A DNA stretch of 63,809 nucleotides, the filler included, from Nemertoderma westbladi (taxonomy: Eukaryota > Animalia > Xenacoelomorpha), in NCBI GenBank assembly GCA_032718475.1. It is 3 parts of 3 records of this genome, joined end to end, with 100 filler letters (N's around TTAATTAATTAA, not from the genome) between each part and the next. Parts side by side here need not be neighbours in the genome. Positions count along the whole stretch, not along the records: positions 25,261 to 54,008 come from JAUCBJ010002991.1; 2 more parts are not named here. The stretch is one strand, 5' to 3'. The position numbers and the translations under genes are program-made. The notes under the pieces are model-generated. The model was not told where the DNA came from, did no database searches, and saw only the letters and a list, made by a program, of their open reading frames with translations. Shown one piece after another: positions 35,301 through 48,390 of this stretch; position 1 is the stretch's first letter, and every line of letters begins with the position of its first letter.

Positions 35301-36029
35301 TTTGGGTCCGTGTGCAAAGTATATGACATCCTTTGGGTCCGTGTGCAAAGTATATGACATCCTTTGGGTCCGTTTGCAAAGTATCTGATAGCTTTTGGGT
35401 CCGTGTGCAAAGTATATGACATCCTTTGGGTCCGTTTGCAAAGTATCTGACAGCTTTTGGGTCCGTGTGCAAAGCATATGACATTCTTTGGGTCCGTTTG
35501 CAAAGTATCTGACATCCTTTGGGTCCGTGTGCAAAGTATATGACATCCTTTGGGTCCGTTTGCAAATTATATGACATCCTTTGGGTCCGTTTGCAAAGTA
35601 TCTGACAGCTTTTGGGTCCGTGTGCAAAGTATCTGCCAACATTTGGGTCCGTGTTCAAAGTATCTGTCATCTTTTGGGTCCGTGTGCAAAGTATATGTCA
35701 TCCATTGGGTCCGTGTGCAAAGTATCTGCCAACATTTGGGTCCGTGTTCAAAGTATCTGACATTTTTTGGGTCCGTGTGCAAAGTATATGACATCCTTTG
35801 GGTCCGTGTGCAAAGTATCTGCCAATATTTGGGTTCGTGTGCAAATTATCTCCCAACATTTGGGTCCGTGTGCAAAGTATCTGCCAACATTTGGGTCCGT
35901 GTGCAAAGTATCTGACATCTTTTGGGTCCGTGTGCAAAGTATATGACATCCTTTGGGTCCGTGTGCAAAGTATCTGCCAACATTTGGGTCCGTGTTCAAA
36001 GTATCTGACATCCTTTGGGTCCGTGTGCA
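32381..36029 (+). repeat. 31-bp satellite array 1 (TTTGGGTCCGTGTGCAAAGTATMTGACATCC), ~118 copies, with a 1395-bp (45-mer) internal duplication
   Basis: 31-bp period. Variants recur at 33631/35026 and 33703/35098. Confidence 0.98.
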
Positions 36030-36187
36030 CGTATACCGGCAAACCACTCGAAACGCTAACGTGCTCTTTTTCGTCCAAAGTGCTAACTGTTCCAGACGCA
36101 TGCAAATCAACTATACACCTAACTAACAAATTCTCTGGAAGGTCGCTAGAGTACAAGGGTGGTAAAGACTACACTTATACCATAGCC

Positions 36188-37400
36188 CTAACTGCATTGT
36201 CTATTAATGTTGTGCTAACTGCAAACCTGAACAGTATTACTATACACCTAACTGCAAGGTCTAATTAATGTTGTGCTAACTGCAAACCCGAACAGTATTA
36301 CTATACACCTAACTGCAAGGTCTAATTAATGTTGTGCTAACTGCAAACCCGAACAGTATTATTATACACCTAACTGCATGGTCAAATTAATGTTGTACTA
36401 ACTGCAAACCCGAACAGTATTATTATGTTCTGTGTTGTTTTAAATGTGCTGATTTCACGGCTCAGACAGGCAAAAATAGGTTGTTATATTGGTGCTCAGT
36501 TTTATGGTTGTCCGTCCTTTGCGGACGATATGTTTCTATTGTGCCCGTCCGTAATTGGCCTACAATACATGATTAATAGTTGCAAAGATTTTTGTAAAGA
36601 GTATAAATTACAGATTAGTACTGATATTGATCCGAAAAAAAGTAAAACTAAATGTATCCCGTTCCAGAACACATGGAAGCCGCCTAGTGTGAATATTTCA
36701 GTAAATAACGTTACACTACCATGGGTTGAGAAAGGGCTACATTTAGGAATTCTGCTTAATTTTACGTGTAGTGTCAATATAGATATACAGCGTAAGAGAG
36801 GTGCATTTATAGGAAAATTGGCAAATTTAAGGCAGAATTTTCATTCGCTCACCCGCGGTGCTTGTCTAACATTCAACGTATTTATGCGACAAGTTTTTAT
36901 GGAAGCCCAGTTTGGGATTTGGCTTCTGATGAATGCCGTAGAATATACACCGCTTGGAATACGAATGTGCGCTACATTTATCATCTGCCGTATAACAAAC
37001 AGCCATAGGTTCATAGTAGAAGATATTGTTAATTTTCCCCACCCTAAGGTTATGCTCAGTAAACGTTTAGTTAAATTTGCTAAAAAACTAATAAAGAACT
37101 AATTGAAATTTTGAAATATGTATCGTCGTTCTAGATATTTTCTAGTGTCTCAATACTTATTTGTGTTTTTCCTTGTTTTTTTTTGTGCTACTTACATATT
37201 AGTTAATTACTTAAATTTACTTTACATTACTACAATTTAGATTTACATTACATTACTGTGCGGTACTAATATGATATATTATGTATGAATATACAACATT
37301 AATTAATTAATACACCTAACTGCATGGTCAAATTAATGTTGTGCTAATTGCAAACCCGAACAGTATTATTATACACCTAACTGCATGGTTTATTCATGTT
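36188..37400 (+). repeat. 61-bp tandem repeat (36188-36425, resuming 37306-37400) interrupted by a LINE
   Basis: TTAATGTTGTGCTAACTGCAAACCCGAACAGTATTA.. at 36204, 36265, 36326, 36387 and ~37333. Confidence 0.85.
36424..37308 (+). mobile_element. 5'-truncated non-LTR retrotransposon (RTEX/Proto2-like RT C-terminal half)
   Basis: IGCYIG..FYGCPSFADDMFLLCPS..GLQ.MI..C...KSKTKC...HLG. Frameshifted, with an (ATTA)n tail. Confidence 0.75.
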
Positions 37401-38652
37401 GTAGGCCTACTAACTAAGTGTTTAAACAGGATCAAACATTTCAGCATTTCTGTAATTCGTCTCGTGATCCTTATTTTGGCATTCGGCCAATTCGGCATTC
37501 GTGGGACCATGGAGCCCATAGGATACCCGAAGGATAATTGAAGAGTTATCAAAAAAGAAAGATAGGCATCTGGCTGTTATCTTTGTTGACTTCTTCAAGG
37601 CCTTTGATTCAGTCACTCTCTCACGTATGTTCAGCATAGTTTCATTATATGGGATTCCTGATGAAATTATTGCAGCAATCAGATCAGTATACGATGGTTC
37701 GACAACATTTGTCTCTACTGTTGACGGTGACAGAGAACCATTTGAAGTGTAATGGGACGTCCTCCAGGGAGACACACTTGCACCATTCTTGTTCATAATT
37801 GTGGTTGACTATATTCCACGCACGTCCTTAGATCATCATAATGATGATGGGGTGATGATAACTCCACCTACTGGCTCCAGAAGTCGAGGAAATCCAGCAA
37901 GTACCTAACTGATCTAGACTTTGCTTTATGACTTAGGAGTACTCTCAGAATCACTAGAGGGAGCCCAACGGCTCCTCAGCTCATTAGAACATGCTGCTTC
38001 TAGTGTTGGTCTTTTTATTAACTCCAGAAAGACCAAAATTTTGACAGTTAACTTTGAAAGTCCTCAGCAAGTCTCTGATCGGATGAGCATAAGCTCAAAG
38101 GATGGTATTCTTAGGCATGTGGACGACTTCTGTTACCTGGGATCATGGATCCGGAAGTCAGATGAGGACCTTCGAATACGTAAGGCAAAGCATTGGGCAG
38201 CCTTGAATATGCTTTGCAGGATTTGGAAGTCACCGAGAATTAATCGGAAACTTAAGGTCCGATTATTTAGAGCAGCAGTAGTTCCAGTGCCTCTCTATGA
38301 GAGTCCATGTTGGGCTCTAACTGCTGAGGACACCAAATCTCTGGATGGCACATTCACAAGAATGCTACGCCGGGTACATTGTGTCAAGTACAATGCACTG
38401 CACACATCTCCAACCAGACACTATGTAACATTGGAGTTGTCTCATTGGTTCCCCCAAGCTTGACACTAGAACAAAATCGCCTCCGCTTTGCAGGACATTG
38501 CTTTCGCCGTGAGGACCAGCCAGTGCATAATCTTGTACTTTGGCAGCCTCATGGACTGAATAAGCATGGTGGACAGCCCATGACTTTCTTGAGACGCATC
38601 TTAAAGGACACTGGCCTTGAAGAAGTGGATGATCTAGCAAATGTCATGGGTG

Positions 38653-39930
38653 CAGGGTTGATAAAAATCATGATTTTCTTTTTTAATAAAAAAAATCAGA
38701 TTTTTTTTATTTAAATCAGATTTTTTTTCATTTAAATCGGGTGACTAAAAAACAAAGACCCAAATAACAAAGACCTGTATGAAACACATGTGTTAACTTT
38801 CGTCTATTGTTTTGGTTCCCCAAACACGCCTCTGTAACCTGCTCCTTTACTAACCTGCTCCTGTAAATGGCAATGGGATCTAACGCTATATGGCAATGGG
38901 ACCTAATCCCCTTTAGGACGTAACGCGACTTTATATCTTTGTTTTGTACAGGTGCCAAAGAGCGTTAGGTTACATTGCATTTAAAGGAACAGGTTAGTAA
39001 AGGAGCATGTTACAGAGGCTTGTTGGGGGAACCAAAACAATAAACGAAAGTTAACACATGTTTCAAAGATTATGCAGGTCTTTATTATTTAGGTCTTTGG
39101 TCTTTGTTTTGTAGTCACCCATTTAAATCACTTTTTTCTTATTTAAATCAGATTTTTTTATTTAAATCAGATGTTTTTATTTAAATCAGATTTTATATTT
39201 AAACAATCGGAAGACTTCTGGCTTCATCAATGCACTAATGTTTAAAAAAAACCGAAAAACCGGGATCCCAGCGAAATATCGAATCCCGATTCCGACTTTT
39301 TTGAAACGGGATCCCGAAGTTTAAATGGTTAAATAAATTTGTTGAACATCTAAAAAAGTTCCAGCAGAACGGAAATGTTTTTATTATATCTAATTTTTAT
39401 TTCAGTAAACCATCCAGTAATCAATTATAAGATAATTTTAATATAACTTTATCTTGCTAATATTTCAGAAGTGTAAAATAAAGTGAGTGTTACTGAAAAC
39501 CTGCCTCATATACTATTAACTTTGATGAATTTAATCCAAAATTGCAAAACCGATCTCGTAAAACGGGATCTCGAGAGGAATAATCCCGGTCCCGATCCCG
39601 GAAATCCCGAAAAGTCTGAATCCGAATCGAATATAAACTAAATAAACAACAAACTCTAAAGTACTGTACAACTTAATTAATGGGCCTGTGAATACTGTAT
39701 GGTATTGGAAATGCGAGATGTTACTGTATTTTCATGTAAATATTTAGGTAATTGGAATCATTTATTAATAACCCGTAATGCAATGTTTATCCAGGCCTTA
39801 AAGCATGATTGATAAAATTCATGATTTTAAAAAAATCAAAACTATCTGATTTTTTTTTATTTTTATATGTGATTTAAATCATGATTTAAATCAATGATTT
39901 AAATCAAATGATTTAATTCAAACAACCCTG
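38653..39930. mobile_element. Non-autonomous hAT-type DNA transposon
   Basis: TIR CAGGGTTG...CAACCCTG. 8-bp TSD CATGGGTG / CATGGGCG. Subterminal ATTTAAATC repeats. Confidence 0.85.
38739..39120. mobile_element. MULE/Mutator-type MITE nested in the hAT element
   Basis: ~130-bp TIRs GGGTGACTA...TAGTCACCC and a 9-bp TSD ATTTAAATC. Confidence 0.8.
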
Positions 39931-40849
39931 CATGGGCGATAGGGAGTTGTGGCGGCGCAATTTTGTCGACAAGCCGGCACCCGCATTTTTAAAAATGCAG
40001 CTGCAATGCAGCATGCCGATCCTAGCTAGTTGGCATTCGGGATACCTGATTTTTCATTTATCAGAAAAACTTGTCAAAGATTACAGTAGTGACGATGTGA
40101 AACTTGGTTTTGAAAATTTCAGATCAGTTTATAGGTCTATTTATTGCAAGGGAATGTTATATTAAATTTGGTAATGGATCATCATTTTACAGTAACGGAT
40201 TCAAAACAAAACTTGGGAAAAAGACTCCTGGGAAATTTCTAAGAGATACAAAATATCAAAATTGCCGTAGCTCCTATATAATAATTCAAGGCTATTCATT
40301 TGAATCAGTGCAATGAGATGAGTCATATTTCAGTTAATGATGCAACTAATGCTTCATATTTTTCATCAAAATTATTATTATACAGTATATCTTGTGTTTT
40401 ATCAGTGTCCACGATATATTAGTTAGGTGCGGCTCCAATTCTTGGACTGTGTTAATTTATAACCCCGGCACCCCGGCACTTTAGAATTATCCGGATTGGT
40501 TTTGAAACGTTGCTTTAATATGATAATTTCACTGACTCCTTTCATTATCTTTTCATAAGATCAAAATTTCTAAAATTATCGCATAATTAACATCTTTATA
40601 TTTAATTTCTCCTACGCGGATAGAATTCACTCAAGGGAATTATTTATGTGGGCTTAAGTTACTCTGAGCAGCCTATCATTATAGTGAATTTTAATTGTTT
40701 TGAATTTTAACAATTGTTAATTATTAATCTGACGCATATTATATTTATTGTTTCACTAACTAATTTCACCAATTTACAACCCAAATTAAATTTGCCACAG
40801 TTTGAGTTTGTGTTTTATGTATTTTATTATATCTCAACAATAGACGAAA

Positions 40850-42470
40850 CGAGGAAATATTCTAATAACGATTGTCTATCTATGTGTAAGTTTTCCATTT
40901 CACCATTCTTATTCGTTTCAGTCTGGGAATAAATTTCGGTTTGCCTATGTTTCATTAGACTAGTTGTCAATGTCCAGGTAAGAAACCATTAGGTTTCCAT
41001 GACAATACAAAATTATCGGGTTAGGACTTTGTATAAAGTACTTTCAAAAGAAAGTATAAGTTAGGACTTTAGCGCTCCCGGAGTTTATGCAAACGGTTTT
41101 ATTTTTGTGTTCGATGTGAAATTGGTTATTTGCGAAACTGAGGGGTATTCGCAATCAATATTTTCGGTCTTACAATCATTTAGCACTTAGTACAAATTGA
41201 ATATAAGTGTGATTGACTAACCAACGAAAATTAAAATAACACGAGAGAAAGTAAAAAACATTATTGATAATAAGTAAAAAAAATTAAAATATAGCAGACA
41301 TAAAAGTCAGAAAAACCGACGTAATGATTTATGTAAAGGAACTTTCATATTTTACCGATTTATAACTGATGTTACACGAATAATGATTGAATTGTATTAT
41401 TTTTTCCTGCAAATATTGTAAATTGATAAAAGTGAAACTATAACTATTTTACATGATTGTTTGAAAGGTTTCACATAAGCAGTATTTATGTACCGAGCGA
41501 GCGCGGCGGGGATGTTTCCATAAATATACAAGGGTCATTCATTCATAAACGTTGACAGTGTCCTTTTCACAAAATGGTGCCATTTTGTTAAATTATGTCA
41601 ATTTAAGGGCGTTCTGAATGCTTAATTATTAGCGTTAATATTGTAATGTTTAGGAATATTAATGAAATTCATATCCTTTTTATGCAATTAATTGCAGTTG
41701 GTACATCAACTAAACTTACACTTCGCCTACAATCAATAGTTATCAGTAATGGGAAATACTATCAATATTTGTTATAGAAGTTTATTGTTACTAAGTTGGT
41801 GATTATTACTTAGCTGCGTTACGAGGATATCACCACATCGAGAAGTTGATAATTGTCAGAAAAATAGCGCACGTTTAGTTACGCCTATAATGCACTAATT
41901 ATTGCAATTTACGTGCTATAAAAGAAAAGGCCACTTTGTGGAATAAAATTACGCATTACTCTACATAAAAACAAATAGAGTTTTTCTTTAACCATAAAAT
42001 TGTTTCACTAATATTTTCACAAATTTAGAACCTCAATTTGGGGTATCTCAACAATTAGACCGGATGAATTTTGAAATAACGATTGTCAATATATCTAGGT
42101 ATTTCCATTCCACGGCAATCACTCACTACATAATAATATGTCGCCTGTGCAATAAATTGAAATACATTGTATGGATGTCCAGGTAAGAAACCATTACGTT
42201 TCCATGACAATACACAGTTATCGGGTTAGGACTTTGTATAGAGTACTTTCAAAGACTATCTAAAAGTAATAAGTTAAGACTTTAGCGCCCCCGCAGTTTG
42301 TGCAAAACGCTTTTATTATTAGGTTATACGTGTACAATTGGCTATTCGCGAAACGGAGGGGTATTCGCAATTAACATTCAGCGAGTTAGCGTATTAGGGT
42401 ATTTGCGGTCTTATAATCATTTAGCACTTGGTAGTTGGTACAAATGGAATGTAAGTGTAAGAAGTGTGTT
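40850..42470 (+). repeat. Diverged ~350-bp direct repeat pair (~40850-41220 and ~42060-42470)
   Basis: TGTCCAGGTAAGAAACCATTA.GTTTCCATGACAATACA..TTATCGGGTTAGGACTTTGTATA at 40971 and 42176. Confidence 0.8.
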
Positions 42471-42757
42471 TGTAAGTTAGCATTATGGCCATTCCATACT
42501 CTTGAGTGTTTAAGTGTGTTTGAAAAGTACCAGTTCCCATAATGCCACTAAGGGGGGCCAAGTATTTCATACACATGACACACTGGACTGCAAAAGTGGT
42601 AAAATGCTAACTTGTGGGAAATGGTCTAAAAAACGTTTTGACAAAGTTTCAGATTGCAAGGACCACGAGTTAGCACTTTGAGTTAGCACTTTGGAAAAGT
42701 TAGCACAATAGCGGAAAAAGAGCTTGCAAAGTTAGCCCTTTGGTATATTTGCCAACA

Positions 42758-45700
42758 CAAAGTATCTGACATCGTTTGGGTCCGTGTGCAAAGTATCTAC
42801 TAACATTTGGGTTCGTGTGCAAAGTATCTGCCAACATTTGGGTCCGTGTGCAAAGTATCTGACATCTTTTGGGTCCGTGTTCAAAGTATATGACATCCTT
42901 TGGGTCCGTGTGCAAAGTATCTGACATCTTTTGGTTCCAAGTGCAAAGTATCTGACTTCCTTTGGGTCCGTGTGCAAAGTATCTGACATCCTTTGGGTCC
43001 GTATTCAAAGTATCTGCCAACATTTGGGTCCGTGTGCAAAGTATCTGACATCTTTTGGGTCTGTGTGCAAAGTATCTGACATATTTTGGGTCCGTGTGCA
43101 AAGTATATGACATCCTTTGGGTCCGAATGCAAAGTATCTTACATCTTTTGGGTCCGTGTGCAAAGTATCTGCCAACATTTGTGTCCGTGTGCAAAGTATC
43201 TGCCAACATTTCGGTACGTGTGCAAAGTATCTGACATCCTTTGGGTCCGTGTGCAAAGTATATGAGATCCTTTGGGTCCGTTTGCAAAGTATCTGACATC
43301 TTTTGGGTCCGTGTGCAAAGTATCTGCCAACATTTGGGTCCGTGTGCAAAGTATCTGACATCTTTTGGGTCCGTGTGCAAAGTATATGACATCCTTTGGG
43401 TCCGTGTGCAAAGTATCTGCCAACATTTGGGTCCGTGTGCAAAGTATCTGACATCTTTTGGGTCCGTGTGCAAAGTATATGACATCCTTTGGGTCCGTGT
43501 GCAAAGTATCTGACATCCTTTGGGTCCGTGTTCAAAGTATCTGCCAACATTTGGGTCCGTGTGCAAAGTATATGACATCCTTTGGGTCCGTGTGCAAAGT
43601 ATCTGACATCCTTTGGGTCCGTGTTCAAAGTATCTGCCAACATTTGTGTCCGTGTGCAAATTATCTGACATCCTTTGGGTCCGTGTGCAAAGTATCTGCC
43701 AACATTTGGGTCCGTGTGCAAAGTATCCGACATCTTTTGGGTCCGTGTACAAAGTATATGACATCCTTTGGGTCCGTGTGCAAAGTATATGACATCCTTT
43801 GGGTCCGTGTGCAAAGTATCTGCCAACATTTGTGTCCGTGTGCAAAGTATCTGACATCTTTTGGGTCCGTGTGCAAAGTATATGACATCCTTTGGGTCCG
43901 TGTGCAAAGTATATGACATCCTTTGGGTCCGTGTGCAAAGTATCTGCCAACATTTGTGTCCGTGTGCAAAGTATCTGACATCTTTTGGGTCCGTGTGCAA
44001 AGTATATGACATCCTTTGGGTCCGTGTGCAAAGTATCTGCCAATATTTGGGTTCGTGTGCAAATTATCTGCCAACATTTGGGTCCGTGTGCAAAGTATCT
44101 GCCAACATTTGGGTCCGTGTGCAAAGTATCTGACATCTTTTGGGTCCGTGTGCAAAGTATATGACATCCTTTGGGTCCGTGTGCAAAGTATCTGCCAACA
44201 TTTGGGTCCGTGTTCAAAGTATCTGACATCCTTTGGGTCCGTGTGCAAAGTATCTGACATCGTTTGGGTCCGTGTGCAAAGTATCTACTAACATTTGGGT
44301 TCGTGTGCAAAGTATCTGCCAACATTTGGGTCCGTGTGCAAAGTATCTGACATCTTTTGGGTCCGTGTTCAAAGTATATGACATCCTTTGGGTCCGTGTG
44401 CAAAGTATCTGACATCTTTTGGTTCCAAGTGCAAAGTATCTGACTTCCTTTGGGTCCGTGTGCAAAGTATCTGACATCCTTTGGGTCCGTATTCAAAGTA
44501 TCTGCCAACATTTGGGTCCGTGTGCAAAGTATCTGACATCTTTTGGGTCTGTGTGCAAAGTATCTGACATATTTTGGGTCCGTGTGCAAAGTATATGACA
44601 TCCTTTGGGTCCGAATGCAAAGTATCTTACATCTTTTGGGTCCGTGTGCAAAGTATCTGCCAACATTTGTGTCCGTGTGCAAAGTATCTGCCAACATTTG
44701 GGTCCGTGTGCAAAGTATCTGACATCCTTTGGGTCCGTGTGCAAAGTATACGAGATCCTTTGGGTCCGTTTGCAAAGTATCTGACATCTTTTGGGTCCGT
44801 GTGCAAAGTATCTGCCAACATTTGGGTCCGTGTGCAAAGTATCTGACATATTTTGGGTCCGTGTGCAAAGTATATGACATCCTTTGGGTCCGTGTGCAAA
44901 GTATCTGCCAACATTTGGGTCCGTGTGCAAAGTATCTGACATCTTTTGGGTCCGTGTGCAAAGTATATGACATCCTTTGGGTCCGTGTGCAAAGTATCTG
45001 ACATCCTTTGGGTCCGTGTTCAAAGTATCTGCCAACATTTGGGTCCGTGTGCAAAGTATATGACATCCTTTGGGTCCGTGTGCAAAGTATCTGACATCCT
45101 TTGGGTCCGTGTTCAAAGTATCTGCCAACATTTGTGTCTGTGTGCAAATTATCTGACATCCTTTGGGTCCGTGTGCAAAGTATCTGCCAACATTTGGGTC
45201 CGTGTGCAAAGTATCTGACATCTTTTGGGTCCGTGTACAAAGTATATGACATCCTTTGGGTCCGTGTGCAAAGTATATTACATCCTTTGGGTCCGTGTGC
45301 AAAGTATCTGCCAACATTTGTGTCCGTGTGCAAAGTATCTGACATCTTTTGGGTCCGTGTGCAAAGTATCTGCCAACATTTGGGTCCGTGTGCAAAGTAT
45401 CTGACATATTTTGGGTCCGTGTGCAAAGTATATGACATCCTTTGGGTCCGTGTGCAAAGTATCTGCCAACATTTGGGTCCGTGTGCAAAGTATCTGACAT
45501 CTTTTGGGTCCGTGTGCAAAGTATATGACATCCTTTGGGTCCGTGTGCAAAGTATCTGACATCCTTTGGGTCCGTGTTCAAAGTATCTGCCAACATTTGG
45601 GTCCGTGTGCAAAGTATATGACATCCTTTGGGTCCGTGTGCAAAGTATCTGACATCCTTTGGGTCCGTGTTCAAAGTATCTGCCAACATTTGTGTCTGTG

Positions 45701-47319
45701 TGCAAATTATCTGACATCCTTTGGGTCCGTGTGCAAAGTATCTGCCAACATTTGGGTCCGTGTGCAAAGTATCTGACATCTTTTGGGTCCGTGTACAAAG
45801 TATATGACATCCTTTGGGTCCGTGTGCAAAGTATATTACATCCTTTGGGTCCGTGTGCAAAGTATCTGCCAACATTTGTGTCCGTGTGCAAAGTATCTGA
45901 CATCTTTTGGGTCCGTGTGCAAAGTATATGACATCATTTGGGTCCGTGTGCAAAGTATATGACATCCTTTGGGTCCGTGTGCAAAGTATCTGCCAACATT
46001 TGTGTCCGTGTGCAAAGTATCTGACATATTTTGGGTCCGTGTGCAAAGTATATGACATCCTTTGGGTCCATGTGCAAAGTATATGACATCCTTTGGGTCC
46101 GTGTGCAAAGTATCTGACATCCTTTGGGTCCGTATGCAAAGTATCTGTCAACATTTGTGTCCGTGTACAAAGTATCTGACATCTTTTGGATCCGTGTGCA
46201 AAGTATATGACATCCTTTGGGTCCGTGTGCAAAGTATCTGCCAACATTTGGGTCCGTGTGTAAAGTATCTGACATATTTTGGGTCCGTGTGCAAAGTATC
46301 GGACATCCTTTGGGTCCGAGTACAAAGTATCAGACATCTTTTGGGTCCGTGTGCAAAGTATCTGCCAACATTTGTGTCCGTGTGCAAAGTATCTGCCAAC
46401 ATTTGGGTCCATGTGCAAAGTATCTGACATCCTTTGGGTCCGTGTGCAAAGTATATGACATCCTTTGGGTCCGTTTGAAAAGTATCTGACATCTTTTGGG
46501 TCCGTGTGCAAAGTATCTGCCAACATTTTGGTCCGTGTGCAAAGTATCTGGCATCTTTTGGGTCCGTGTGCAAAGTATATGACATCCTTTGGGTCCGTGT
46601 GCAAAGTATATGACATCCTTTGGGTCCGTGTGCAAAGTATCTGCCAACATTTTGGTCCGTGTGCAAAGTATCTGACATCTTTTGGGTCCGTGTGCAAAGT
46701 ATCTGAGATCCTTTGGGTCCGTGTTCAACGTATCTGCAAACATTTGGGTCCGTGTGCAAAGTATCTGACATCTTTTGGGTCCATGTGCAAAGTATCTGAG
46801 ATCCTTTGGGTCCGTGTTCAACGTATCTGCCAACATTTGGGTCCGTGTGCAAAGTATCTGACATCTTTTGGGTCCGTGTGCAAAGTATATGACATCCTTT
46901 GGGTCCGTGTGCAAAGTATCTGACATCTTTTGGGTCCGTGTTCAACGTATCTGCCAACATTTGGGTCCGTGTGCAAAGTATCTGACATATATTGGGTCCA
47001 TGTGCAAAGTATATGACATCCTTTGGTTCCGTGTGCAAATTATCTGCCAACATTTGGGTCCGTGTGCAAAGTATCTGACATCTATTTGGGTCCGTGTGCA
47101 AAGTATCTGAGATCCTTTGCGTCCGTGTTCAACGTATCTGCAAACATTTGGGTCCGTGTGCAAAGTATCTGACATCTTTTGGGTCCATGTGCAAAGTATA
47201 TGACATCCTTTCGTTCCGTTTGCAAAGTATCTGCCAACATTTGGGTCCGTGTGCAAAGTATCTGACATCTTTTGGGTCCGTGTGCAAAGTATATGACATC
47301 CTTTGGGTCCGTTTGCAAA
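42758..47319 (+). repeat. 31-bp satellite array 2, ~147 copies, with 1488-bp (48-mer) and 558-bp (18-mer) internal duplications
   Basis: Variants recur at 42794/44282 and 45273/45831. Confidence 0.98.
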
Positions 47320-48002
47320 CATATTATTACCATCATTAACATTAGTAGGTGAATAGGGCAGGGTACAGTAGATGGTATACAATAATACAAAGTAACCAAT
47401 AAGAAATCACCATGGACAAGTTAGTCAGAATCAATCAGCTGATCCAAATTTATCCAAAAAATTGGCTCTTTGTGGCTCAGTGCTTTATTCCTTATATTTG
47501 CATAATTTCTCGCAGAATTACCTTTGATAGCATTAATTTATCACTGCGCAACATCTCCTGTGTCGGAGTGGGTTGGTGCCTCATTGCTTCATAGTGAAAT
47601 GGTCAATTTCTGGGTCCGTGTGGCTCTGTGCATTTTAGCACTGCCCATTTTCAGTCCTTGTCAAGCTGCTCGAAAACCGCTGAACAGTTTCAACAGCTCT
47701 TTTCAGCGTTTATCATGCAGCACAAAGGTCTCTGAGCAGCTTTGAGAGATATTTTATGTATTTTTCAAACTGTACGAAGACCTCTCAGCCTCTGGGCAGT
47801 TTTATCAGTTCTTTTCGGTTTTTCTCATGACAGTCGGGGAGAAGTTCAAATTTCAACTGAGTTGAAATTTAAAACTTTTTTTTTTTAATTCAACTTTTAA
47901 GTTGTAAATTCAACTCTAAATTGGCAGGAGGCGCAGAAGGCCCCCAAGATGTGACAGAAGGGGTGTTTTCATTGTTTTTATGGGTGTAACTCGAAAAATT
48001 AA

Positions 48003-48390
48003 CCCTATTAAACCCGGGGGGGGGGTCAATATGACCCCCCCCCGTGGTTTTTTTATTATAATTCTGAAACAAACGCAGTTGGGAATCTGAAATTTTATGA
48101 TTTTTCCTAAAAATCTATTGTCTTCCTAGTAGTGAAAACCGTTTTCAAAAATATTGGGTACTTTTCGAGTTATAGCACCATTTTTTAGCCCTACTTTTGG
48201 CACTTTTTTTGAGACGTTTTTTGAAAATTACATTTCAATAAATATGAATTGTAACATCTCTATTTTGGATCTACACAGGTTTTTTGGTGTTAGAAATTTG
48301 ATGGAATTCATATAAATTGATTTAGAAACTTCAAACTTGTTTTTTTGGTGGGTGACAAATTTTGGTGCCAGCACCAAATTTTGAAATAAG
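48003..48390 (+). mobile_element. piggyBac-like non-autonomous element end (partial)
   Basis: TTAA|CCCTATTAAACCCGGGGGGGGGTCAATATGACCCCC. An inverted homologue lies at ~58340-58724. Confidence 0.6.

Larger units (their letters stand above)
37425..40030 (+). mobile_element. RTE-clade LINE remnant (RT to 3' end) interrupted by a hAT element
   Basis: FVDFFKAFDSV, VLQGDTLAPFLF, FCYLGSWI, FAGHCFRREDQ. Continues after 39930 with MGDRELWRR. Confidence 0.9.
36030..42757. mobile_element. Putative 6.7-kb TIR-bounded insertion splitting the 31-bp satellite
   Basis: Degenerate inverted ends (GGCAAA..GCTAAC..GCTCTTTTTC..CCAAAGTGCTAACT). The satellite phase continues across the insert, with CA on both sides. 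Confidence 0.45.

Noticed and set aside
32359-47101. 700-1100 aa minus-strand ORFs with C/H-rich 31-aa repeats (zinc-finger-like)
   Set aside because: All three frames give the same peptide because a stop-poor 31-bp unit cycles through the frames. The spacing is not C2H2 and there are no unique domains.
32381-47319. CRISPR-like repeat/spacer appearance of the 31-bp array
   Set aside because: The variable slot is only ~9 bp and is reused from a handful of states. There are no unique spacers and no cas genes, and the context is eukaryotic.
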